Of a stretch of DNA of 64,000 nt, positions 18,586 through 28,375 are shown piece by piece (the stretch's first letter is position 1; every line of letters begins with the position of its first letter). Below the pieces are notes generated by a model. It ran no database searches. It was not told the DNA's origin and saw only the letters and a program-made list of their open reading frames with translations. Source of the DNA: Candidatus Dormiibacterota bacterium. Lineage in GTDB: Bacteria; Chloroflexota; Dormibacteria; Dormibacterales; Dormibacteraceae. The position numbers were made by a program, and so were the translations under genes. The stretch is from positions 244 through 64,243 of the forward strand of contig JBKPCH010000031.1 of NCBI GenBank assembly GCA_046727275.1, written 5' to 3'.

Positions 18586-19764
18586 TCAGGTCTGGATGAC
18601 CTGGGCCGTGCCGTCCTGGCCGTTGGCGCCGTTGTCGCCGGCGTGGCCATCAAGGCCGTCGGGACCCTCCGTCCCGTCCCTGCCGGCCTGGCCCTGGAGG
18701 TAGGGCCCGTCCCCCCACATGCCGCCCTTTCCGGCCCCGCCCCCGCTGGCGCCCGACCCGCCGGGACCGCCGGCGCCGCCGTGGCCGCCGCTCACGGAGG
18801 TGGAGATGGCGGCCGGCGTGCCCGCCGGGACGGTGACGGTGATCGAGCCGCCGTCGCCGCCCCTGCCGGCGGCCCCGCCGAGGCCGCCGTAGCCTCCGGC
18901 GCCGCCCCAGCCGCCGTTGCCGCCGTTGCCGCCGCCGCAGCCACCGTCGCCGCCCTTGCCGCCGTCGCCGCCGTCACCGCCGTTGCTCGTGAAGGTGTAC
19001 GAGTCGGTCGAGCCGGCCGGCACGTCGAAGGTGATGGTGCCGCCGTTCTGCCCGTCGACACCGTTGGCGCCGAAGTCGCCGTCGGTGCCGCTGCCGCCGG
19101 AATCTCCGTCCTGGCCGTCACCCCCGTAGCAGTCCTGGGGGTCGCCGGGGTTGTTCGCGTCCCGGCCGTCCTCTCCGTTCTGGCCGGGGATGCCGCTGAA
19201 CCCGAACGAGCCCGGGCCGCCCCGCTGCCCCGGGGCCCCTGAGGCGTCGATCGTGATCTGGCTCGCCGTGACCGCCGCCACGCCCGCCCGGGCCGCGCTC
19301 TGGGGGCGGCCGGCCGGCGCGGGCGCCGTCACGTTGGCGATGGGGTAAAAGTGGACGGTGTGGCCGTGGGCCACGATGCGAAGGTGCCGGTCCGCCAGCG
19401 CCAGGTGGCGGGCCACGATCGTGGTGTCGCCCGCCAGCTCCACCGTCGCGGGCAGGTGGAGGGTGCCGGCGAGCAGCGATCCCTGGACGGGTCCGGAGAC
19501 CGGTCGCTCCGTCTGCAGGGCGGCCATCCGGTCGAGCGTGGGGGCCAGCCGGGACCGCCAGTTGCCCGGGGTCAGGCCGGTGGCCGGGACCTGGGCGCCG
19601 GCCTCCGCCTGCAGCGCAGTGACCAGCGGCGCCATCGACGTCGCCGGTGCGGGTGGCGGTGCGGAGCGGGCCCATGCGGTCGTCTGCCCGCCCAGGCTCC
19701 AGAGGCCGAGCAGGGCCGCGCCCGTGGCCACCAGCAGACACCGGGTAGAGCCGGTTCTCGTCAT
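18586..19764 (-). CDS. secreted glycine-rich protein with collagen-like G-X-Y runs
   Basis: The ATG at 19764 is preceded by AAGGAG. Signal peptide: MTRTGSTRCLLVATGAALLGLWSLGGQTTAWA. There are three uninterrupted runs of about 9 G-X-Y triplets, for example GAPGQRGGPGSFGFSGIPGQNGEDGRD and GQAGRDGTEGPDGLDGHAGDNGANGQDG. Poly-Gly blocks such as GGDGGDGGKGGDGGCGGGNGGNGGWGGAGGYGG are also present. Confidence 0.7.
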   Translation of the reverse strand: MTRTGSTRCLLVATGAALLGLWSLGGQTTAWARSAPPPAPATSMAPLVTALQAEAGAQVPATGLTPGNWRSRLAPTLDRMAALQTERPVSGPVQGSLLAGTLHLPATVELAGDTTIVARHLALADRHLRIVAHGHTVHFYPIANVTAPAPAGRPQSAARAGVAAVTASQITIDASGAPGQRGGPGSFGFSGIPGQNGEDGRDANNPGDPQDCYGGDGQDGDSGGSGTDGDFGANGVDGQNGGTITFDVPAGSTDSYTFTSNGGDGGDGGKGGDGGCGGGNGGNGGWGGAGGYGGLGGAAGRGGDGGSITVTVPAGTPAAISTSVSGGHGGAGGPGGSGASGGGAGKGGMWGDGPYLQGQAGRDGTEGPDGLDGHAGDNGANGQDGTAQVIQT

Positions 19765-20299
19765 CGTGCAGCTCCTTGATGTGCCGTGTGACTGAGTGAG
19801 GGCCCTGGCGGATCGTAGGACCGGGGAGGCGGCGGCGCATCGTCCGGTCGGATGATTCCCTCTGCTCTCGCGTGCGATAGCGGGCCGTATCGAGAAGGTC
19901 GTGATCCTCTTCCTCGAGAACCACACGCTGGACAACGTGGCCAGCGACGTCGCACCGTCAGCCGGACCATGACCGCGGTTCGACGTCGTTGGCCCGGCCG
20001 GCCAGGGCGTGGCAGCCCGGCAGTTTCGCCGGCGTGCTGCGCTTCATCCAGGCCGGCGAGGGCTACACCGACGTGCACACCCTCGCCCACCCCGCAGGGG
20101 AGATCCGGAACGGCTTCGAGGGGGGAGAGGATCCGGGCGAGCCGGCGGCGGGCCGCCGCTGCCGGCTCACCGGCACCAGGTCAGTGGCCCCCGCGCAGCG
20201 GGACTCCGCACCGGGTGCAGAAGCTGTGCCGCTCCAGGTTGTGGTGGCCACAGGCCGGGCAGACCAGGCCGGCGAGGCCGCCTCGCCTCCGTCCAGTGG

Positions 20300-21976
20300 T
20301 CAGGTGGCGGCCTCCGTCCGTGCGATCTCGTGCGGAAGCCAGAACCAGCGCAGGTGCTCGAAGTCGGTGCTCAGCTCGATCGGCTCCGCGGTCCCCGGCG
20401 GAGCAGCCAGGATCCTCCGCGCCTCCTCCAGGTAGCCCACCAGCGCCGACTCAGGCGCCCGGTGCCGGTGCGCCGATCGCGGCATGCTGTCCGAGTAGCT
20501 GATGTCGCGCAGGCTGAGCGGCGGTTCCGGCGGCCCGGCCCGGTGGCTCCATAGCCCGCTGCGGGCGTCGAAGCGGTAGTCGGGTAGCAGCCTCCATCCC
20601 TCAGCGGCGACCATTTCGACGGCGTCGAGGATGAACTCGAACACCTGCTGCGAGATGAAGTAGTTGAAGTTGACCCGCACCCAGCCGGGCTTGATCCCCT
20701 CGCAGCCACGGCCGATCTCCCGCTCGAACTCGTGCGACCGCTCGAGGTCGATGCCCAGCAGCCGGTGCCCGTAGGGCCCAGCGCAGGAGCAGCCGCCTCG
20801 CGACTGGATGCCGAAGAGGTCGTTGAGCAGGGCAACGATGAAGTTGTGGTGCAAATAGCGGCCCTCGTGCCTGACCACGAAGGACACGATCGACAGCCGG
20901 TCGGCGTCGGGGTTGCCGAGGATCTCGAGATCGGGATGCTGGCGCCACCGCTCGATTGCCCTCGGGATGAAGGACTCCTCGCGGCGCCGGATCTCGGCCG
21001 CGCCCACCTCCTCCTTGAGCTGGAAGACGAGACCGGCCCGGATCGACTCCACGATCGCCGGCGTGCCGCCCTCCTCCCGATGCTCGACGTCGGTCAGGTA
21101 GTCGTGCTCGGTCGGATTGACGTAGGCGACGGTCCCACCTCCCGGCATTCCCGGCACCCGGTTGTTGAAGAGCTCGCGGCGGGCGGCCAGCACGCCGGGG
21201 GTGCCCGGACCTCCGATGAACTTGTGCGGTGAGATGAAGACGGCGTCCAGGTATGGCTCGGCCGGCCCTTTTTCCGCCGAGCCCATCCGGATCTCCACGT
21301 AGGGCGCGGCCGCGGCGAAGTCCCAGAAAGACAGCGCACCGTGCTGGTGCAGCAGGACCGAGATGGCGCGCCAGTCGCTGATGATGCCGGTTACATTGGA
21401 GGCGGCCGAGAAGCTGCCGATCTTGAGCGGCCGGACTCCATAGCGAACGAGCTCATGCTGGAGCTGCGCCTGGTCGATGTGGCCGTCGTGGTCCTCCTGG
21501 ATGACCACCAGGTCGGCGATCGACTCCCGCCAGGGCAGCTCGTTGGAGTGGTGCTCGTAGGGACCGATGAAGACCACAGGGCGCTCGGCCGGCGGAATCA
21601 GTGAGGCGAGGTGATAACGCTCATCGAGGTTGGCGGGCAGGCGCAGGTTGAGGACGTCGATAAGTCGGTTGATCGCTGCGGTCGAGCCCGAGCCGACGAA
21701 GATGACCGCGTGCTCCTCCCCGGCGCCGAGCGAAGCCCTGATGGTCTGCCGCGCCTCCTCGCGAAAGCGCGTTGTCTGCAGGCCTGTGCCAGATGACTCG
21801 GTATGGGTGTTGGCGTAGAGCGGCAGAACGACCTCGCGGATGAAGCCCTCGATGAACGTGAGCGCGCGGCCCGAAGCGGTGTAGTCCGCGTAAATGACAC
21901 GGCGGGCCCCGAAGGGTCCGAGGACCGCTTCGTCTTCGCCGATCACGGAGGAGCGGATAGTCTCGATCAGGTCCAA
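20300..21976 (-). CDS. aminotransferase class V-fold PLP-dependent enzyme (cysteine desulfurase-like, long form)
   Basis: 558 aa. Key strings are YADYTASGRALTFIEGFIREVVLPLYANTHTE, FISPHKFIGGPGTPGVL (PLP-Lys region) and RGGCSCAGPYGHRLL. Confidence 0.85.
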   Translation of the reverse strand: MDLIETIRSSVIGEDEAVLGPFGARRVIYADYTASGRALTFIEGFIREVVLPLYANTHTESSGTGLQTTRFREEARQTIRASLGAGEEHAVIFVGSGSTAAINRLIDVLNLRLPANLDERYHLASLIPPAERPVVFIGPYEHHSNELPWRESIADLVVIQEDHDGHIDQAQLQHELVRYGVRPLKIGSFSAASNVTGIISDWRAISVLLHQHGALSFWDFAAAAPYVEIRMGSAEKGPAEPYLDAVFISPHKFIGGPGTPGVLAARRELFNNRVPGMPGGGTVAYVNPTEHDYLTDVEHREEGGTPAIVESIRAGLVFQLKEEVGAAEIRRREESFIPRAIERWRQHPDLEILGNPDADRLSIVSFVVRHEGRYLHHNFIVALLNDLFGIQSRGGCSCAGPYGHRLLGIDLERSHEFEREIGRGCEGIKPGWVRVNFNYFISQQVFEFILDAVEMVAAEGWRLLPDYRFDARSGLWSHRAGPPEPPLSLRDISYSDSMPRSAHRHRAPESALVGYLEEARRILAAPPGTAEPIELSTDFEHLRWFWLPHEIARTEAAT

Positions 21977-23075
21977 GGTCAGGCCACGCTCATTGTCTCC
22001 ATTGCCAGCACTCGGAAGCGCACCCAGGGGGTTGCTGGAGCGTGTTGGAAAGCGGCTTGTCCTATTCGTCCACGATCATCTCCCTGCGCCGTCAGCGTTG
22101 CGCCTGGACTGCGCGACCGATAGGGACGAGCGGCCCGCGAAGCCCGGGTCCATCGGGCCTGTTCGCTCGATCCAGTGACAGAGCTGCGCCCGGCCGTGCT
22201 GACCAAGGGCTTGATCGAGGAGGCGGCGGACCGCTTCGCCCTCCCGGGCGACCCCACGCGGCCGATCGGGGGCCGAGCGGCGTCGTGAGCAGGTCCTCTT
22301 GCCCTGCCTTTCGCCGCCGTGGCCGGCTTCGCCAGGGCGAGGTGTGGTGGTCTTTGTTCCGAAGGCGGGTCTTCGGGGCGGAAGGTCGGGCAGCGGCGGC
22401 TGCGTCGGCGGCCCCGCGGCGAGCAGCGGGAGGGGCGTTGGCCAGCTCGATCGTCTACCGAGCAGGTGGCCGTGACGACGGACAGGTCAGGCTGGCCCGG
22501 CGTCCATTGACAAGTGGGCGGGACCAGCTCGCCGCCAGGCGACCGGAAACCCAGCTGCTCGGAGGCCATCCGGCGCTCGTGCTACGGATCGGCGGTGGAC
22601 GCCGTACCGGACGATCTCCTCATGGCCGCGGCGCGACTCCTGGCGGGACCGCGGGCCGCCGTCGAACGGCCGCCCTCCGGCGCCGGGTGCGCTCCTACCG
22701 GGCGGCCTCGGCGACCGCCGGCACCGGCTCCGAATGGTGGTGTGCGTCGACCGCATCGAGGCGGTGGTCTGCGACTCGTAGCACGAGGCGGCCTGGCTCG
22801 AGCGGAACCTGCGCGAGCGCTCCCTGCTCACCTGGAACCGGGCGCACGGCGGCCAGGAGGTGCCCGTCTACGTCTGCCTGGACGAGCGCCCCGGGTCACC
22901 ACGGCTCGGCCTCGTCCACGTCCCGACGTCCTGTCCAGGCCGGGGCCACTTGGGCCCGTACTTGTGCGGCAACCGGCGGCGACTGGCTGTTTCCGCCTTG
23001 CTCCGCGTGATGGCCCTTGCCTATGCCGGGGACGCCATGAGCGGGTTCGGGTGCGACATGGCGCGGTGCGCGGCG

Positions 23076-23382
23076 TGACTTCGCGCGGTTTCTGGGCAAG
23101 ACGCCGGCGAATGCGGTGGCGGAGTTGCTGGCCGGTCGTGAGCAGGGCCGGCGCTTGATGCTGGATTTCGCGGACGAGCTTCGTCGTCGAGGCCGAGCCC
23201 GGGCGACCGTCAGCCGTCGTATTGTCTCGCTGAGCTCACTTGCCCGGATGCCCAGACAACTGGGCGTGGTGGAATGGTCACTGGAAGTGCCGAACGAGGA
23301 GGAGGTCGTGGCCGCTGAAGAGGCCGGCCAGCGCGGCGCGTCCGGCGACGTGCCGTATCTCATGCCCCACCATGCCATCGAG
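23076..23382 (+). pseudogene. fragment copy of the integrase-N-terminal-domain part of gene 4682-5890 (copy 2 of the inverted duplication)
   Basis: Translates as DFARFLGKTPANAVAELLAGREQGRRLMLDFADELRRRGRARATVSRRIVSLSSLARMPRQLGVVEWSLEVPNEEE...PHHAIE. It has no start codon, no upstream N-terminus and no methyltransferase part. Confidence 0.65.
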
Positions 23383-23591
23383 TCGCAGCTGAGGCAGACG
23401 CCCTCGCCGCGCTTCGCGTCCGTCTCGAAGGCGAGCTTGTCGGCCGGCAGCGACCGCTGGCATTCGACGCAGACGAACGACTCGACGGTGGCGGGTGTCC
23501 TGGCCCCGGCGGCGAGCGCAGCGAGTTGGTCGGCGAGGGCCTGCTCCAGAACGGGTCGAGTGCTGGTGGCGACGCGGGCGCTATCCTGCAT
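23381..23591 (-). CDS. small zinc-ribbon hypothetical protein, C-terminus probably replaced by the neighbouring fragment
   Basis: MQDSARVATSTRPVLEQALADQLAALAAG...FVCVECQRSLPADKLAFETDAKRGEGVCLSCDS. Beyond this the ORF runs antisense through the 23076-23382 fragment. Confidence 0.3.
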
Positions 23592-24100
23592 GGCGGAACT
23601 CCTTGCGAGAGGGGTTTTGGCCGTCGCGCGTTTGCTGCCAGGCGGGGCGCGGCGGCCTTTCTTGTTTGCGATCCGGGCTCGGAGGACGAGTGCGGTTCAC
23701 CTGCCACCCCGTCGCCCCGGTTTCCCTGGTCCGGCTCCATCACCCCTTGCTGCGCCGATCGGCTCCCCGCTCGACCGGCAGGCGGCTTCTGCGGTGCGGG
23801 CTCTCCCCGAGTCGTCGCCCGGCTATCCCGCCGTTCCACAGTCGGTCAGCCAAGGCAGTCCGACCGCCCTCGTCGTCCGAACCCGGATCGCGTATTCGGT
23901 TGTGAAGCTGTCGCACCTGAGAAGGCCCGAGACAAGCGCACTCACGTCGACCTCGCCGAGCTGCCCGGGGCCATGCGGCGAGCGGGACGGCCTGGGCCGA
24001 AGCCGCGGCGGGAGGGGTGAGGCAGGCGCTCTGATGAGCACGGACAGGTCGGACACCGAGCGGTCGATCGCCGATCCAGAAACGGCAGGGTTTAACCAGG

Positions 24101-24538
24101 ATGGGTAAGCGACGACCGAGGCGCGCACGCTGGCCAGAGCATCTTCCCGTGGGCGCGCTGCGCGTCGTGCGATGGAGCGTGCGTTATGACCAGACGGTCA
24201 CCTTCTACCGGGACATCATCGGGCTACCGGTTCTGGAAACCTTCCACGACAGCTACGGTCTGGACGGGACGATCCTTGGCCTACCCGGCACGCCGGTTCA
24301 TTTGGAGATTGTGCGTTTGAGCGATGCGCGGCACCCCACGCCTGGCCTTGACCAGCTCGTGCTCTACTTGCCGAATGCCGCCGCCCAAGAGCGAATCATG
24401 GCACGACTCGCCGCTGCCGGAGTCGAGCCGATTGCCCAGATCGATTACTGGCAGGCCAATGGCGGCGTCACCTACCCGGACCCGGATGGGCGTGAAGTCG
24501 TGTTCGCGTCATGGATCTACATCTCGCCGAAGTCGTGA
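24101..24538 (+). CDS. VOC/glyoxalase-family protein
   Basis: VTFYRDIIGLPVLETF...VHLEIV...LVLYLPN...YPDPDGREVVFASW, typical of the glyoxalase/bleomycin-resistance fold. Confidence 0.75.
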   Translation: MGKRRPRRARWPEHLPVGALRVVRWSVRYDQTVTFYRDIIGLPVLETFHDSYGLDGTILGLPGTPVHLEIVRLSDARHPTPGLDQLVLYLPNAAAQERIMARLAAAGVEPIAQIDYWQANGGVTYPDPDGREVVFASWIYISPKS

Positions 24539-24588
24539 CCAGCGCTGAGCGGGTGTGAATGGTCGGCCAGGGACCACCTTGAGCCAGC

Positions 24589-24935
24589 ATGAACGACGCC
24601 GACCTCTATCTTCGCGGCCTCGAACCCAACTCGCCTCTTGGGAGGAGTATGCCAGCGGCGCAACCGCCGCCGGGGTGCACCGGCTCCCCGGCGTCGCCGC
24701 CGCTGTCTTCCCAAACGAGCCTGAACGGGCCATCTATAACAACGCGCTGCTCGACTGCGACCTCGGCGCCAACCAACGCGGTGACGCCCGGATGCCATGC
24801 AGGCCGCGTACGCAGCAGCCGGCGTCACGCACTTCGCCGCCTGGGCGCACGAGAGCGACACGGCGATGTGCGGCGATGTCAAAGCAGCGCGGCTACACCC
24901 TCGACACCACGCGATGGGCATGACGCTCCGCATGA
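24589..24935 (+). pseudogene. acetyltransferase-like gene remnant broken over three frames
   Basis: Pieces are MNDADLYLRGLEPN (frame 1), LASWEEYASGATAAGVHRLPGVAAAVFPNEPERAIYNNALLDCDLG (frame 0), MQAAYAAAGVTHFAAWAHESDTAM (frame 2) and QRGYTLDTTRWA (frame 0). Confidence 0.4.
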
Positions 24936-24940
24936 ATCGA

Positions 24941-25026
24941 TGGTGCGGGCGGCGGGAGTCGAACCCGCACGCTTCTTCAGCCCGGCGGTTTAGGCGCCGT
25001 GCGTCTGCCAGTTCCGCCACGCCCGC
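24941..25026 (-). tRNA. tRNA-Leu, type II with long variable arm; anticodon UAA by hand fold
   Basis: Reverse complement: GCGGGCG-TG-GCGGAACTGGCAGACGC-A-CGGCG-CCTAAAC-CGCCG-GGCTGAAGAAGCGT-GCGGG-TTCGACT-CCCGC-CGCCCGC-A-CCA. All four stems are fully paired. Position 33 reads C rather than the usual U in my fold. Confidence 0.85.
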
Positions 25027-25212
25027 ACTCGGGACGGCAGGCCAGTCCCGTCAGCCATGCGCCGCGCCGGCCGGCCGGGCTGAAGCCCAAGCGGGAGCGA
25101 TGAGGTGGCAACGCCGACGCTGAAGCGGCAAGAATCCAGGCTGCCGGCGGCCGCCGCCGTCAAGTACCTGCGCTGGCGACGGCAGTCCTCAGCCGCCCGC
25201 GCTCGGCAGCGA

Positions 25213-26232
25213 TCACGGATTGGGAATCAGCACCAGCTTGCCCTGCACGTCGCCTCGCTCCACCCGGCGGTGGGCCTGGACGACGGCCTCCAGCGGCATG
25301 CGTGCCGCGATCACCGGCTTGAGCCTCCCCGCGTCGAGCAGGTCGAGGAGGGCCGTGAGGTCCTCCCGAAACCAGTCCGGATGCTTCCGCTTCAGCGGCC
25401 GGATGTCGTAGAAGGCGACGTGCTTCCTCTCCGGCGGGAGGGACCACAATGCGAGCCAGACGTATTGAGACAGGACGTCGAGCAGGGCATTCCCGCCGCG
25501 GTTGGCGGTCTCGTAGAAGCCATACCCGACCACGGTCCCCCGCCTGCGCACCGACATCGCCGAGCGCCTCAGGTGCGCGGACCCCATGGGGTCGAAAACC
25601 GCGTCGACACCTACACCGCCCGTGATGTCGGCGATGCGCTCAACGAAGTCCTCGGCCCGGTAGTCGATCGGAGTGGCGCCAAGGCGGGCCACGAGGTCGT
25701 GCTTCGGCCTGGAAGCGGTGCCATATACCTCGAGGCTGGCGAGCTGTCCAAGCTCCAGGAACGCCGTTCCCACTCCACCGGCCGCCCCGTGCACCAGGAC
25801 CCGTTCCGCGCGAGCGACGCGAGCGACCCGGTGCAGCATCTGGTAGGCGGCCACGTAGTTCAGCACGAGGCAAACGGCCTCGCCGGGATCGACTCCCTCC
25901 GGCACGGCGACCAGGTCCGCAGGGGACAGGCTGATGTACTGGCTGTAGCTGCCATAGAAGGTCAGCGCCGCCACGGGCTGCCCCACAGGCGGCCACGACG
26001 TCTCCGGGCCCAACCGGTCGACGACGCCGGCCATCGCGTACCCAGGGGTGAACGGCGGCCGTGGAGCGCCGGGATACCGGCCGCGCCGGAGGTTCACATC
26101 GGAGACGGAGACGTCCGCCGCCAGGATCTTGACGAGCACCCGACCCTTGCGCGGGGCCGGCAGGTCGTGCTCGACGAGCTGCATGACCTCCGGTGCCCCC
26201 GTCCGCTCGACCACGACATTCCGATATCTCAT
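25213..26232 (-). CDS. zinc-type alcohol dehydrogenase / NADPH:quinone oxidoreductase family (MDR)
   Basis: The ATG at 26232 is preceded by GGAGG. Key strings are MRYRNVVVERTGAPEVMQLVEHDLPAP, VLVHGAAGGVGTAFLELG (nucleotide-binding glycines) and GKLVL at the C-terminus. Confidence 0.85.
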   Translation of the reverse strand: MRYRNVVVERTGAPEVMQLVEHDLPAPRKGRVLVKILAADVSVSDVNLRRGRYPGAPRPPFTPGYAMAGVVDRLGPETSWPPVGQPVAALTFYGSYSQYISLSPADLVAVPEGVDPGEAVCLVLNYVAAYQMLHRVARVARAERVLVHGAAGGVGTAFLELGQLASLEVYGTASRPKHDLVARLGATPIDYRAEDFVERIADITGGVGVDAVFDPMGSAHLRRSAMSVRRRGTVVGYGFYETANRGGNALLDVLSQYVWLALWSLPPERKHVAFYDIRPLKRKHPDWFREDLTALLDLLDAGRLKPVIAARMPLEAVVQAHRRVERGDVQGKLVLIPNP

Positions 26233-26586
26233 GACCGTCCTCCGGGCATCCATGCTGCGCCACCCGGCGGGGAGCCCGCACCGTGTGCCTGACGCACCAG
26301 TCGACTGAAACGCCGGGTCGCTGCATGGCCGGCCCGGACCGCGGTCGCCGGCCACGCCACCGAGCGCCTGTCGAACGTGGCCCAGTGCGGCTCGGGCCAC
26401 TGTGGCCGGGCTACCGGCGGGTGTTTCGGGAGAGAGCGCAGCGGTTCTCGGGCAGCGTGGAGGGCCTGCGGCGCTTCGTCGAGGACGGTTCAGACCGGCC
26501 GGCGGGCACCTAGACTGAGAGCACCGTCAGGAAGAGCGGGATCGGGCCCGCGGGCCCGCGCAGCCGGGAGAGAGGGGGGTCGAGCC

Positions 26587-28176
26587 ATGTCGCTGACACG
26601 CCGGCAGCTGCTTGCATCCACGGTCGCCGCTTCGGTCGTCGGCGCCGTCGCCGGCCAGGTGCCCGCCGCGGGCGCCCTCGCGGCCTCGGGCGATCCCGAC
26701 GAGGGGCTACCCCGGGGCCTGGACCTCGAGACCGCCACGGTCGCCCAGCTCCGCGACCTGCTGGACGCCGGCCGGATCAGCAGCGAGCGCCTCACCCGGG
26801 CCTACCTGGACCGCATCCACGCGCTCAGCTTCCAGGCCCCCTCCCTCAACGCGGTGCGGGCCCCCAACCCGCACGCGCTGTCCGAGGCGAGAGCCGCCGA
26901 CGAGGCACGCGAGCGCAGGGAGCGGCAGGGCCCGCTGCTGGGCATCCCGGTGCTCCTCAAGGACAACATCGACTTCGCGGGGATGCCGACCACGGCGGGC
27001 TCCGTGGCGCTCGCTGGCTCGCGGCCGTCCGCCGACGCGCCCCTGGTCCGGCAGCTCAGGCGGGCCGGGGCAGTGATCCTGGGCAAGGCCAACCTGACCG
27101 AGTTCGCCAACTTCCTGACGGCGGGCATGCCGAGTGGCTACAGCTCGTTGGGCGGCCAGGTCCTCAACCCCTACGATGCCTCCCAGACGCCGAGCGGATC
27201 GAGTTCCGGGCCGGCGGTCGGGGCGGCGGCCGGGCTGGCGCCCCTCACGGTCGGGACCGAGACGTCGGGCTCGATCCTGAGCCCCTCCGTGGCGAACTCG
27301 GACGTGGGCATCAAGCCGACCCTGGGGCTGATCAGCCGGACCGGCATCGTCCCCATCGCCGCCAGCCAGGACACCGCCGGATCGATCACGAAGACGGTGG
27401 CGGACGCCGCGGTCGAGCTGACGGTGCTGACCGGGACGGACCCGCTGGACCCGGCTACGGCGCGGAACCCCCTGGTGGGCCACGACTTCACCGGCGACCT
27501 GCGGCCGGACGGGCTGCGGGGCCTCCGCATCGGGGTCGTGGCGAGCCAGGCCCCGCCGGCCGGCACCGACAACCGGGCGCTGTGGGACGCCGCCACCGCG
27601 GTGCTGGCGGCGCAGGGAGCGGTGCTCGTGCCGGTCACGCTGGACACGACCAGCAGCATCCCCGGCGGCTCCTCGGTGCTGACGTACGAGTTCAAGCGCG
27701 ACCTGAACGCCTACCTGTCGCGCCTGCCGACCGGCGCGCCCGTGAGGACGCTGGCGGACGTCATCGCGTTTAACCAGGCCCACGCGCAGGTGGCGCTCAA
27801 GTTCGGCCAGACCCAGGCCGTCGCGTCCCAGGCCATCGACCTGAGCCCGGGTAGCGCCGACACCGCGAAGTATCTGGCCGATCGGGCGCAGGATCTCGCC
27901 GACAGCAGGGGCCGCATCGACCCGCTCGTGGCGGCGAACGGCCTCAGCGCGCTGTTGTTCGCCAACAACGGCAGCGCCAGCATCGGCGCCCGGGCGGGCT
28001 ACCCGTCGATCACGGTCCCGGCCGGGTACCAGGCGAGCAACCGGCGATCGTTCAACATCACGTTCCTCGGCCAGGCCTGGAGCGAGCCCACGCTGATCGG
28101 CTGCGCCTTCGCGTTCGAGCAGGCGACCAGGCTGCGCCGGCCGCCCTCGGCGATCAACCCGACGCTGTTCCGCTAG
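26587..28176 (+). CDS. amidase (amidase-signature family) with Tat-like signal
   Basis: [23 protein letters not shown]. Amidase signature: [32 protein letters not shown], with an upstream KDNID. Confidence 0.85.
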   Translation: MSLTRRQLLASTVAASVVGAVAGQVPAAGALAASGDPDEGLPRGLDLETATVAQLRDLLDAGRISSERLTRAYLDRIHALSFQAPSLNAVRAPNPHALSEARAADEARERRERQGPLLGIPVLLKDNIDFAGMPTTAGSVALAGSRPSADAPLVRQLRRAGAVILGKANLTEFANFLTAGMPSGYSSLGGQVLNPYDASQTPSGSSSGPAVGAAAGLAPLTVGTETSGSILSPSVANSDVGIKPTLGLISRTGIVPIAASQDTAGSITKTVADAAVELTVLTGTDPLDPATARNPLVGHDFTGDLRPDGLRGLRIGVVASQAPPAGTDNRALWDAATAVLAAQGAVLVPVTLDTTSSIPGGSSVLTYEFKRDLNAYLSRLPTGAPVRTLADVIAFNQAHAQVALKFGQTQAVASQAIDLSPGSADTAKYLADRAQDLADSRGRIDPLVAANGLSALLFANNGSASIGARAGYPSITVPAGYQASNRRSFNITFLGQAWSEPTLIGCAFAFEQATRLRRPPSAINPTLFR

Positions 28177-28335
28177 GGCTGGTCCGCAGGCCGTTCGAGC
28201 CCATCGAGGAGGACGAGCAGGCCGAACTCGAAGCGCGTGTCCGGGTCGGGACGGGCCAGCGATCCGGCCAGAGCGGCCAGGGTGGGGAACGCCTCCGGCG
28301 ACAACCGGCGCGCCGCCGCCGGCGGTCACGGCCTG
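28174..28335 (-). pseudogene. TetR-family C-terminal remnant (about 50 codons only)
   Basis: My translation gives ...[48 protein letters not shown]. An upstream in-frame stop at 28336-28338 leaves no room for an HTH domain. Confidence 0.4.
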
Positions 28336-28375
28336 TCAACGGCTTGGTCAGGGTAGCGGCACGCACGAGCGGCAG

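Noticed and set aside
18600-19130. Highly repetitive GGC/GCC-rich DNA that might be mistaken for a tandem-repeat or CRISPR-like array.
   Set aside because: The periodicity is the 3- and 9-nt periodicity of glycine codons in the collagen-like gene. There are no constant-length direct repeats with unique spacers.
20181-20270. Zinc-ribbon-like peptide LVCPACGHHNLERHSFCTRCGVPLRGGH* on the minus strand, just downstream of the class-V aminotransferase.
   Set aside because: There is no ATG/GTG/TTG start in frame; the upstream frame gave no Met over ~40 codons. It stops after 28 residues, so it is probably a fragment of a zinc-ribbon protein N-terminus.
21979-23075. ORFs 22042-23010 (+), 21979-22569 (-), 22514-23158 (+) and 22860-23078 (+) in a ~1.1-kb gap.
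   Set aside because: The translations are R/G/A/P-rich and motif-free. I treat the stretch as degraded or non-coding DNA next to the copied integrase-like fragment.
26707-28329. 540-aa minus-strand ORF across the amidase gene. Similar cases are 28536-29885 (-), 29687-31642 (+), 35737-37185 (-), 50837-51997 (-), 53662-55260 (-), 56311-57795 (+) and 17791-19242 (+).
   Set aside because: Each is antisense or off-frame to a gene with clear family motifs, and each has an arginine/proline-rich, motif-free translation.
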